64,000 nucleotides of DNA from the human T2T-CHM13v2.0 reference genome, Homo sapiens: the NCBI RefSeq assembly GCF_009914755.1, contig NC_060947.1; one strand, written 5' to 3'. Under the pieces are notes generated by a model that saw only the letters and a list, made by a program, of their open reading frames with translations, was not told where the DNA came from and made no database searches. Of the stretch, positions 39,926-50,800 are shown piece by piece (positions within the stretch are counted from its first letter, which is position 1; each line of letters begins with the position of its first letter). The translations under genes were made by a program, and so were the position numbers.

Positions 39926-41249
39926 TATTATAATTTATTACTACAGCAATCCTCTTCATTTCTGGGAGGAATTTCTGAAAAGGTCAGATTTGCTTCAAAA
40001 TTCCCCAGCTTTTTCAAGTACCTACTTATTATATGACAGATGCTTCAAATACAGGATCACATCTACTTTTCAAATAATTCTAGAAATCTCATCAGGGAAG
40101 GTTCACCTTCTTCACTCAATGGCACATTTCTGCACTTCCCTTTGCAATAACCTCTAATCTCAGTAGGTTGAGATTTTTACCCTATTTGATTCATGGTCAA
40201 AATTTTAACTTGTGAGTCTTTGTTACTGTCCACATAACTGAACTTACCTGAAGACTTGTGCAAGTGCCATTAGGCACTTTGCAAACAAGGATTTTCCTGT
40301 GGAGAGGCACACAGACAAGAGATAGCAGAAATATAGTTTTTTTTTTTCTTTTTAAATCAGAGCTAGCATGTCCAAAGAAGAAGCGTTTTTCACCTCCTTG
40401 GAGGGCTCCAGGGTTTTTAGAAATTCTGCTTCAGTAGATTTTTTTTTCCTACAGTGGTTTACATGGTCTTTCTGCATCTACAAGCTTTGATGTTTGACCA
40501 CCTAGGTAAGCTTATTAACCTGTGTGTATTCAGTGGAAAGTCTAATAAGACATTTTATTAAAATCCTACTCCTATATCTAGATGCTTTCAAAAACCCTTT
40601 ATCTAACTTTACATTTCAGTAACAAGAAGGAATACGTTGTGTGCCAAATCAGAGCCTGCACCCATTTGGAAAAGTTTCAGAGTGTATTTTGACTCTCAGG
40701 CATATAACCAGGCATCTGAACATCACTGTCCAAGTGAACTTTTATGTCAAAGAGGCTGTTGCCATTAGAGGAGTTCCAGGGTGAGCAATGTGACAGCCAA
40801 AGGACGTTTTCAGGAAGCAGGCATGCTCTATGTCAGGGGGAAGGCAGGTGATTCTGGGCCATTCCACTGGGAGCAAGGCACAGTTTTCAGATGATCATTT
40901 TCACATGCTTACTTTAGGTCAGCTTTTAGTGCCTTGACCTCAGCATTCTTCTTTTTGTCACCTTAGAGACATTCTGCAATACTTACTACAAAAATGAATT
41001 ACAAGTCAGAAGATAGACCTCAAGCTGGGGAGAATGGGAATAGCGTGGTCTCTAGATGAATCAGGCCAGGGATCTGGTGCCAATCTGTCACTTACTAACT
41101 ATGTGATCCTGGGAAATTACTAAGCCCAGTGAGCCTCAGTTTCTTTATCTGTAACATGTGTTTGGTACTTTTTATAATAGACTATTAGAATATAAGACAT
41201 TTATTAAAACACTTGGCACAGTGCCTGACATACATTGCATCTTTAATAA

Positions 41250-41582
<333 letters not shown>

Positions 41583-42749
41583 TGACCCCAGATTTTGGAA
41601 AATATTTTTGTTTTCCAGGACATCTCAGAGAATTTGCAGTTGAATGGGAAACAGAATTATCACTAAAAAATGCTGCTTAGTAAATGTCCCTTGAAGAGGA
41701 TTCATTATTTAATTAGGTGTTGGGGAGTCTTCCATAGCTGAGTGCAACTCACTAACTTTAAGATCCTAGAATTTGGGTCACAAACTCCTTTCTTCCCTCC
41801 CAGCTTCTGTTTCAACCAAACCACTATTTTTCATTCACCTCATTCATATCATCCCCACCAAAAGTATAGCCATTTCAGTGGAGTCAGCTGTACACCAAAC
41901 CAGGCAGAAGAGTACCTGGCCAGTGGCTTCTGGCCTCCCTTCCTGAGAGATTCATGCTTATCTCAGGAAATTCTTGCAGATGGCAGATGTTGGGTATCAG
42001 TCAGCCACCTCTTACACTGTGTTCGACTACGCTGGGACAAAAGTGCAGGACACCTTCCATTCCTGCCCCTGGTGGAGACTCCTCTCTGCTACATCCACCA
42101 CCCAAAAGGAACTTCTCAGAGCAGTTTTTCATTCCAGGCTTTTCTCTAACCCTCTAAGACTCATGGTCTGAGATTGTGGCGCTTGTCAGCTTCATTATAA
42201 TCAACTCCTCAAGAAGGAACTGCGGTTTCCCAAAGATCAAAACGCCCAGCTCAGGGCATTTAACTTCACCACTCTCACCTGGAGCCCCACACCCTCACCC
42301 CTCTCTTACTTTTCCTCTGCATCTTAGAGGACATCTCGCCACCTTAATTACATGAATGCAACTCCTAGACTCTACTACTCTAAGGGTAGGGGTTTCTCTG
42401 GCTTATTCTAGTAACTCCACTACTAACCCAGAGCCTTCCAAAGAGGAGATGCTCATAAAAGTTGTGGAAAGAAAGACTCAGTGAGCAGGTCTTTTGTTTA
42501 AGTTGTAATTTCTCCTACAACCTTGAAAAAGCGAAGCAAATCCAGTTATATGTATATGTTTCAATTTTTATAGAACAACAGATGAAAATGGATAAAAAGG
42601 CTAGAATTAGCAGACTTTTCCTTTTATTTTATGGCCCCATCAATCTTATTGATAATTTCTTACATTTGCCAAGAAAATATCTATTCCAATGCCATGGTAT
42701 ATTGTTATAAGTCACAAAGCAATATGGAAGGTTTCCCAGTATGTCTCAC

Positions 42750-44588
42750 TGAAGGCAGCAGTGGCCAGTCTGGAGTGGATGCTACCATCATATGAACTAC
42801 AACAGGGAGGTGCAGCCAGGGCTGCACACTCCTTGGAACCAGCATGAGGCAGGGACAAGTGGGAGCCCTGCCCCTTCCGAGTTGGTGGGGTGGGAGCTCC
42901 CCGGGTGCAGCCACAGCCACCCAAGTCGCAGCTTTGGATACAGGCCTCCCGCTTCATGGAGCAGACAGGAGCCTCACTCCCCTGGGTGCAGCTGCAGCTA
43001 CCCAAGTCGCAGCTTTGGATACAGGCCTCCCGCTTCATGGAGCAGACAGGAGCCTCACTCCCCTGGGTGCAGCTGCAGCCACCCAAACCATCGCTGCAGA
43101 CCCAGGCATCCTGCTGCATGGAGCAGGCAGAAGCCCCGCCCCCCTCCCCTGGGCACAGCTGCAACCGCCCAAACCATCACTGCAGATTCTGGCATACCTG
43201 CCCTCTTGGGGGCCCAGGAAGGCCCCCACCACCCTGGCAGGGTCAGAAATGCCTGCTCCTACTCCTGGCTTCTCCCTGCTATCAGCAACCACTCCAGACT
43301 CAGAGCAAAGTTGGGCCAAGCCCAGGTGCTGCCACAGCCTGGCTGGGTGTGCACACACTCAGGGCAGTGCTGACATGTCAGTCCCCTGCTGGCTTGGACC
43401 CCTACGGAATTTGGGCGCCAATGAGCATAGTAGGGAAGCTGATGGGGTGGTGAGGGCAGCTCATAACTGGCCTGTAGGCATCCCTTGGCACCTATGGCCT
43501 GGGCTCTGTGAATGACAGCAGGAGGCAGACAGGTTCCTGGGCAGAAGGCGGCGAGTCCCTGGTGAGGCCCCACCTTCAGGCCGGGGAGGGCCTGAAGTCT
43601 GGGGGCTGGGCTGCCAGTCCTGTGGACCAGAGTGGGAACTTGTGGTGCCTTTTCTGGGCCCACCCATGGCCACCGATGGACCAGTTGGCATGCACTTTCT
43701 CCCTTCTGAGGCCCAAAAATCCCCAGGCTCAGCCAGAAGTGAGCAGATGTCGGGACAACCAGCTTCAGAGAGGAGCTATCCACTCCAGGGCCTCCCCTCT
43801 GCTGGAAGCTGCAGAGATGGGAGGACCTGCCTGCAGAGAGAAGCTTCCCACTCCAGGGTCTCCTCTCTGCTAGGAGCTGAACACTTGTTGGGACACCCTG
43901 CCTGCAGGAAGGAGCTGACCCCCTGCAGGAGACTAAGCTGTTCTATTGCTAATTAAAGCTCCTCTTCATCTTGCTCACCCTCCATTTGTCTGTGTACCTC
44001 ATTCTTCCTGGTCACAGGACAAGAACTTGGAACCCATTGAATAGCTGAGCTAATAGAGCTGTAACACAAACAGACTGAAATATGCCCCTTGCTCACCATG
44101 TTGCGAGCAAAGAGAAGGAGATAAGACCTGTGGCCCATCCGGGAGCCCAGACCTGGGAGCTCCCTGAGCCAGGGCTGTGACTCCCTCTTTGGGGCCTTGC
44201 AGTTCCTGGCATCTCCAAGCTTCTAGGTGCCACCATGTTCTGCAGTGCCAGCTGTGGAAGCTGCTTGTGGTGTGCCTGGTCCAGCTGCAGGTTTGTGGAG
44301 AGCCAACACCTGTGCCAGTGCCTAGAGCTGCCTGCCCCACTGCAGCAGCTGGCATGTCGGACTGTGTGCAGTGGCTGGACCCCACAGTCATTCACACAAC
44401 CCTCACCATTCCACGCCTGACTCGCCCTTGGCGGGAATTGGACACAGACTGGTAGTGCGAGCTGAGTGCAGCATGCCAGGTTGAATGGTCAAAACAAGCC
44501 CAACAGGCCCAAGCAAAATTCAGGCAAAGGTGCCACTGGCCACAGAGGTTTCTTGCCAGAAAAATGACACCCCAAAGGTCCCATAACA
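42750..44588 (+). mobile_element. MER52-like GC-rich ERV1 solo LTR, apparently inserted in the MAGE pseudogene 3' UTR
   Basis: TGAAGGCAGCAGTGGCCAGTCTGGAG ... gacaccccaaaggtcccataACA; 4-bp flanks TCAC/TTAC; internal ~81-bp repeats. Confidence 0.75.
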
Positions 44589-44950
44589 TTACAAAATAAC
44601 AAACTCTTATACATGAAATGGATTAGTAAAAATACATGTGTGATTAATATCATTCATAAACTTAGATGTTAAAACTAATTAAATCTTCTGTTAAAAGGAA
44701 CAAATTTGAAAATTACTAAAAGGAAACAAAGATAAATCTCCAATCACTCAATAGAACAGGAAGCCAAAGATGGTATGCAATGTGTTTCCTTCCACCCACC
44801 TTGACCTCCCTTACCAAGAACTCTGACTACTCTGTTCAAATACAGGGTGAAGAAAGGGCCTGATTTCACATGGGGTAGGTTGTGCCCCTGGAACTTGCAC
44901 TGGCCCTGTCCCTAAACCTGCCACCTGGTGGCCCTGGCTGCAACTTGTAC

Positions 44951-45901
44951 TCATACTCCCTCTTCCCCCTCTCTTAAAGCCTCTTCTTACAGAGACGGGT
45001 AGGAGGTGGGATCTGTCCCATGGACCTTGGCCACATACTCCAGGACTTTCATCTTGTTGGTTTTAGTGTGGGCTCTTGGACTCTACAGGAACTCATAGTG
45101 TGCAGGATCACTGCTGGGCACCTGGTGGTACTCCAGGTAGTTTTCCTGCACCCAGTCTTGGGTGAGCAGCTTCCTGGGCTTCCCATAGACACTGTGCTTC
45201 TTCCCAGCATACAGCCCCATCACACTCAGGGTTTCCCATATGACCTCTTCAGGGGTGCAGTTGCCCTCCATTATAATCGTGCACAGGACCATTATCTGGA
45301 GGCCTGCATTGGGCTTGCTCTGATCATCACCCAGCAGGCCGTCATAGGAGAGGCCCAGGGAAGTGACAAGGATGTAGGAGTGGCCAGTGGTATCCACTTC
45401 CTTCATGTCAAAAAAAAAAAAGACCAGCCACATGCACTTGAAGATCACAGGAAAGTAATCCTTATAATTTTTGATGACACTCTCTAGCATTTCTGCCTTT
45501 GTGTTTGTCTCCTTGACTCAATACTTGTAGAGCAGGAAATGAACCAACTCAGTCACCTTCCCATCAAGTGCTTCTTGGAACAAGGTCTTCAGGTCTGCTG
45601 GGTCTGGTGAGGTGCCTGGAGCCTCCTCTTGGCTGCTGGAGCCCTCATTAGATTGGCTCCATAGAGTGTTGTCAATGGTAGTGGGGGAGGTAGAGGTTCC
45701 CTGAGGACTCTGGGGAGAACCAGGTGACCCAGCAGCAGGCAGCCCCTCCAGGGTGCCCACTGTCAGAGGAGAGGAGAAGGAGGCAGCCTCCTGTTCCTCA
45801 GCCAAGGGAGCCTGCACACCCACCAGGCCCAAAGCCTCGTCTCCTTCGGCCTCAAGGCTTTCCTCAGGCTCGCAGTGCTGATTCCTCTGCTCAGGAGACA
45901 T
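44951..45901 (-). pseudogene. MAGE-A family unprocessed pseudogene (ancestral CDS 317 codons; premature stops at 45518-45520 TGA, 45083-45085 TAG, 44987-44989 TAA)
   Basis: [18 protein letters not shown]...[16 protein letters not shown]...[10 protein letters not shown]...[12 protein letters not shown]...[19 protein letters not shown]...YEFL*; MAGE homology domain read in one continuous frame; acceptor tctctcctcag| before 45961. Confidence 0.95.
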
Positions 45902-46126
45902 GATGACTCTGGTCAGAATGGCAGAGTGTGGGCAGGAGCTGGGCAAGTGGGACCCACAGGCCTGAGGAGAGAGGGAGCCAGTGAGGGACCTCAGCTGAGA
46001 GCCGAACCTTGGAGGCTCTAACAAAAGCAGACTTATGGATCTTTTCATTTGGTGCTCCTCTGGGGCCTCCTGGGGCACCTATCCTCCTAGCTGGCCTGTT
46101 CACCGAGAACTTGGAGGAAGTGAGAG

Positions 46127-47068
46127 TGTTACAGTGGGTAGCTAGTCAGGTATGAATAGGGAAGGAGAGGGTTCCCCCAGCCCCTTCACTCATGTGCACA
46201 TGCATGCGTGCGTGCACACACACACACTAGGAATGTTGGGTGACCATTAGGCGATGGTCAAGTGGTTGTTAACTATTTCTGTAAAGTAATAATTGTTCAC
46301 AGCCCTTGCCAGGGGAAGGCAGTCTCCTAATAGAAAACACCTGAAATGGATCAGCAGCTTCCCAACAAGATCTCAGGACTGGGGAGAAAGTAACACAAGA
46401 TCTCTGAAGTAGGCTGATATGGTTTGGCTGTGTCCCCACCCAAATCTCATCTTGAATTCCCACGCATTGTGGGAGGGACCCAGTGGGAGGTAACTGAATC
46501 ATAGAGGCAGGTCCTTCCCATGCTGTTCTCATGATAGTAAGTCTCATGAGATCTGATGGTTATTATAAAGGGGAGTTTTCCTGCAAAAGCTTTTTTTTTT
46601 TTTTTTTGCTTGCTGCCATCCATGTAAGATGTGACTTTCTCCTCCTTGCCTTCTGCCATGATTGTGAGGCTTCCCCAGCCACACGGAACTGTAAGTCCAG
46701 TTAAACGTCTTTCTATTGTAAATTGCCCGGTCTTGGGTATGTCTTTATCAGCAATGTGAAAACTAATACATATGCCAACATAAAACCCCAAGTCAAGAGG
46801 TCAAGCTGTGACTTTGGTTTCTCAAGTTGACTACTTGGCCCTCTTCTGAGTTATACTTTTCTTGTTTCCTTTCCTTCCTTTCCTTACTGTTCTAAAGCTT
46901 TGTGTTTTGTTTGTTTGTTTGTTTGTTTTTTGCCTCAGTCTTTCCTTCTGCCTTTGGCCCCTCAGTCGAATTCTTTCTTCTGAGGAGGTAAGAACTGAAA
47001 TTGCCGCAGACCTATATGGATACACCACCAGTAACTCAGGGTAACTTGGGTACCTGCCACCACTAACA
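46127..47068 (+). mobile_element. MER50-like ERV1 solo LTR, 4-bp TSD AGAG, containing a nested THE1
   Basis: TGTTACAGTGGGTAGCTAGTCAGG ... ccactaACA; AGAG at 46123-46126 and 47069-47072. Confidence 0.78.
46415..46770 (+). mobile_element. THE1 LTR nested in the MER50-like LTR
   Basis: TGATATGGTTTGGCTGTGTCCCCACCCAAATCTCATC ... aactaataCA; flanks TAGGC/TATGC. Confidence 0.9.
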
Positions 47069-48359
47069 AGAGGGCTCCTCAGGGTGCAGCTTGTCAGCAG
47101 AAGCCACGGCTCCAGCAATAACAGTAGGACAGGTGGGTTGGCACTTTGGAGTCCCCTCTGCTCTGGGGCCGGTGGAGCCCTTTGTATACATTTAAAGTAA
47201 ACACCTCACCTTGCCTGCTGGCAATACCTGGGCCTCCTCTGCTGTATGACTTCAGGACACTGCCTCAGACCAAGGCCCAAACCTCTCTGAGACCTGGGAG
47301 AAAGAAGTGAGGGGGCACCACACGGAAAATTCTGCACGGGATTCCCAAGGCTGACAGAAGGAGCAGGTTTCAGGGGTGCCTCCTCTGTCTGCGTTCCTCC
47401 AGGTATTCAGATTTATTCCCGACAGGGCCCAGCCCTTTCGCTCCTGCTCAACTGTGGATGAGTCTTGTGTGCCAAGGCCACCATCTTCCTGGGACCCCCA
47501 AGGAGAAAGTGGGGGACCATGTCCCTTCTCCACAGGCCTGCCTTGGGCCTCCCAGGACTGATAGCAGAGGCAGATTTCCTAGGTCCAGGATAACAGGTCT
47601 GCTGAGTCCTCTCTCAGGGCTCTAGGGGACTTCTCTCTTTGCTGGCCTGAGGCCCTACTCCTCATATTACACCCCTCTCGTCACTGGCACCCCAAAGACA
47701 CAGCAAAGATGTGCCACACACAGCCAGCACTCCCAGGACCTCCCAGGGTCGAGGTCCTCTGAGTCCTCCCTCTTCTTCCTCCTCTTGATCCTGTCAGGGC
47801 TGAGCCTCACCCCTTTGTGGACCTGAATCTATATCCCTCAAATTCCCAAGGCCAATTGAGAAGGTGCCTCAGTCTCAGAAAGAAGTGGAGTAGGCCCCCT
47901 GTTCTGGGTTGCTGGGTCCCCTCAGGCCTGCCTTGTCTCCCAGCCTGGCCTGGACCCACCTTCTGCTCCCCTGAGGCCGTGCTCATGATTCCAAGCCCCT
48001 TCCCTCCATCAGCCCCCGATGTGAACATCAGGATCCACATGCCTGTCCACCATGCCCGGAACTTCCCAGGGCTGACAGCAGAGATGGAGCCTCGCTCTGT
48101 GGGATCTCAGCCCTCCTTCAGGGTCTGGACCATGATGCCTGGCAGGCAGAGCATGGGTCCTGCCCTTTCCTAATCAGCCTTTCCCTGGTCACACCAAGCT
48201 CTGTCTCCAGAATGCCCTGCGGCTTAAGTGGCAGTGGAGCCGGGAGCGGCCCAGCCTGAGAAGTCTGCCCCCAGGTGGCCCAGGGCTGGCAGCAGGGGTG
48301 GCACTGGGTTAATTGGGGTCCTCTCTCTGGGGTAGGGGCATCCTCAGTCTTCCTCAGTG

Positions 48360-48530
48360 TCTCACCTTGCCTCCTCACAGAGCCGGGGCCTGTTTCACTC
48401 CACCAATCTCAAGCTGCCACTCAGAGCGAGGCGCTCTTGCTATCCTCTGACCCCTGAGGCCACGTCAGTGGCGTGACATCCGGCCCCCAAGCCTGGGGCT
48501 TCCCTGGGTCGACAGCAGCAGCGGAACTGG
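48360..48530 (-). promoter_or_regulatory. MAGE-A-type promoter and non-coding first exon of the pseudogene (ETS site CCGGATGT 48476-48483; donor CAAG|GTGAGA at 48365)
   Basis: Minus strand GGCCGGATGTCACGCCACTGACGTGG resembles the MAGEA1 promoter core CCGGATGTGACGCCACTGAC. Confidence 0.75.
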
Positions 48531-49549
48531 ATTCTTCCAGGCATGGGGGTAGGAATGGTTATAGGGGCCCTCAAGCTTCCCTTAGGGTCCTGACATTGAT
48601 TCCTTGCAGAGCCTGGACACCCTGCCCTCTGCCAATTGGGTCTGCTCCCTTCACACCAAGTCTCTGACTCCCAGTCCCCTGAGGTGGCAGTGGTGGGAGG
48701 CGTGTGTTCAGGGCGACAACATTGCCAGGATCTTCCAGGACTGTTAGAAGGGGCTGAGCTGGATTCTCTGGTTCCTCTACAAGGGGAGGGTGGACTCTCA
48801 GTCCTCACTCAAGAGGATCCTCCTCCTGGCTCTTGGATCTTTGATGAAGCCATGGGCAGGAGATACTCTGTTTCTGCCACTTCTGAGCATTTGCCCAGCT
48901 GCATCTCTTGCAGAGAATGGCTGCGGGTCCCAGGCCAGGTACTCCCTGCAGAGCGGCAGCTTCTGTGATTGTAGTGACCTCTGGGAGAAGACACACACCT
49001 TCCCAAGGAAGCTCTTCCCCAGCCACAGGTCGAGTTTGCAAACCTGTTTTCCTAAAATATTTGTTTTTACATTAAATAGGCTGAGCAGCAGCATGAAATT
49101 TGGGGATTCCTGCCATTAGAATTATCGAGTATTTCATAGCTCAGTGCAGTGATTTTCATTTTTAAACTTTCATTCAGCATCAGAAATCATACTTAACCTC
49201 ATTATGCCTGTTTCATTCTAATGCTCAACACTCTATTTGTAATCCATTCTTTATGTTCAGTTAAGCCAATTCACCTATTAATGTGGTTTTAGGTGGTTAT
49301 TAGCACAGACTGGAGCTACTACTGTTTCAATGAAACCAGACTACTGGCACCTGTGGTCTCAGGTGCCACCTGACATTTTCACACTGGAATAGGGGCAAAA
49401 ATTTAAACATTTCCTTCTACACATCCTGTCATCTTCCTTCTATGCCAGCTATGGACTCTCCCTAACTTCCTTGACACTCTGGCCATTTCGATTACAGGTA
49501 CCAGTTAAACACAGTCTTCATTCTCCCCCAGGGCTTTGCTTTGTTGTTT

Positions 49550-50800
49550 AGATTTTGTTGTTGATACTATTTGTTTTTTTATTTTATTTTATTCTTTCTT
49601 CTATAGTTTTCCAGGATTGATTTTGGTAGTTGAGGGCAGAAGTCCAAGCCTGACATTCATCTTGGCAGCTAAATTTTAAGCATTATATCTGTAAATCTTG
49701 AATAAGAAAAATTGATATCTTTTCAATAGTCTGTTCCCTATTAAGGGATATAGAATACGGCTCTGTTTATCTGGGAACTTTTTGACCTAACTCTATCAGT
49801 ACTTGCATAGTTGTTTCCATAAAGATCTTGTATGGTTTGTCTGTCTTATTAGACAATTTCTGGATTTTGTTGCCATTGTGAATGGGGTATTTTCTATTAC
49901 TTGTTCTGAGTGGTTATTTCATTGGGTTGCAAGGATTTTGATTTTACTGTAGTAACCTGTATACTATTATTCTGAAGTCTGTTATTTGACTATTCCATGT
50001 GCACATTTCTTTGAATTTTCTAGATAATCATATTGTCATACCAAATATTAACTCTTTCTGTTCAATATTCATACTGATTTCTTTTGATATCCATATCTCC
50101 TGCCTTATGTTACATGCAGTTTCCAAAGATAGAGGTTATAGCCTATGTCCATGACAAGAATTCTTCTAACATTTCATACTTAAGTATGTTGTCCATTGAT
50201 CTCAGGAAAAGAAAATATGCTGCTAAACTTATTTTGCTAAATGTTTTGACCATTAACTTGTATAGAATTTCATCCAGAAGCTTTTTTATACCTACTAAAG
50301 TGATCACTTTTTAAAATCTTAATTCGATAACGTAGGAAATCACAACTGAAAATTGTTTTATATTAAATCATGTTTTTGTTCCTTGGACACAATCCGTTAA
50401 TTCACTTCTATGTTGAATATGCTACTAATTTAATTAATATATTTGCCTCTGTGTGAGTGAAGTTTGGCTCAAGTGTTTTCACGGTGCTGTCCTCCTCTGG
50501 TACCTGAATGAAGAATGGTTAGCTTGGGAAAATAATTTGAATAATTGCCCAACTTTTCGTATGCCTTGGAAGAGTTTACTTAAGGTGGCTTTGAGCTTTA
50601 CCTGATAACAATGTAGAATTGGCCTCCGAAGCTGCCTTGTCCACATTTGAGGATGGCTTGAGCTTAGATTAGTTTCACTTTTTATTGTTTGGTTAAAGAT
50701 TTGAATTTCTTTTTGTATCAATTTGTTCATGTACTTATTTTCCTAAAATATTATCCATTTCACTTAGGATTTCAAATTAAATATCATATTTATTTCAAAA
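49550..50800 (-). mobile_element. Very degenerate L1M fragments
   Basis: T-rich stretch with L1 ORF2-antisense-like motifs (gccattgtgaatggggtattt; tttgttcatgtacttattttcctaaaat). Confidence 0.5.

Noticed and set aside
42712-44455. Cluster of 100-223 aa ORFs
   Set aside because: Inside a GC-rich MER52-like LTR with 81-bp repeats; no recognisable domain
45020-45487. 155-aa plus-strand ORF
   Set aside because: Antisense shadow of the MAGE coding sequence
44951-45901. Assigning a specific symbol (MAGEA11, MAGEA7P, etc.)
   Set aside because: It has three premature stops, so it is not functional MAGEA11, and I cannot determine the official pseudogene name from sequence alone
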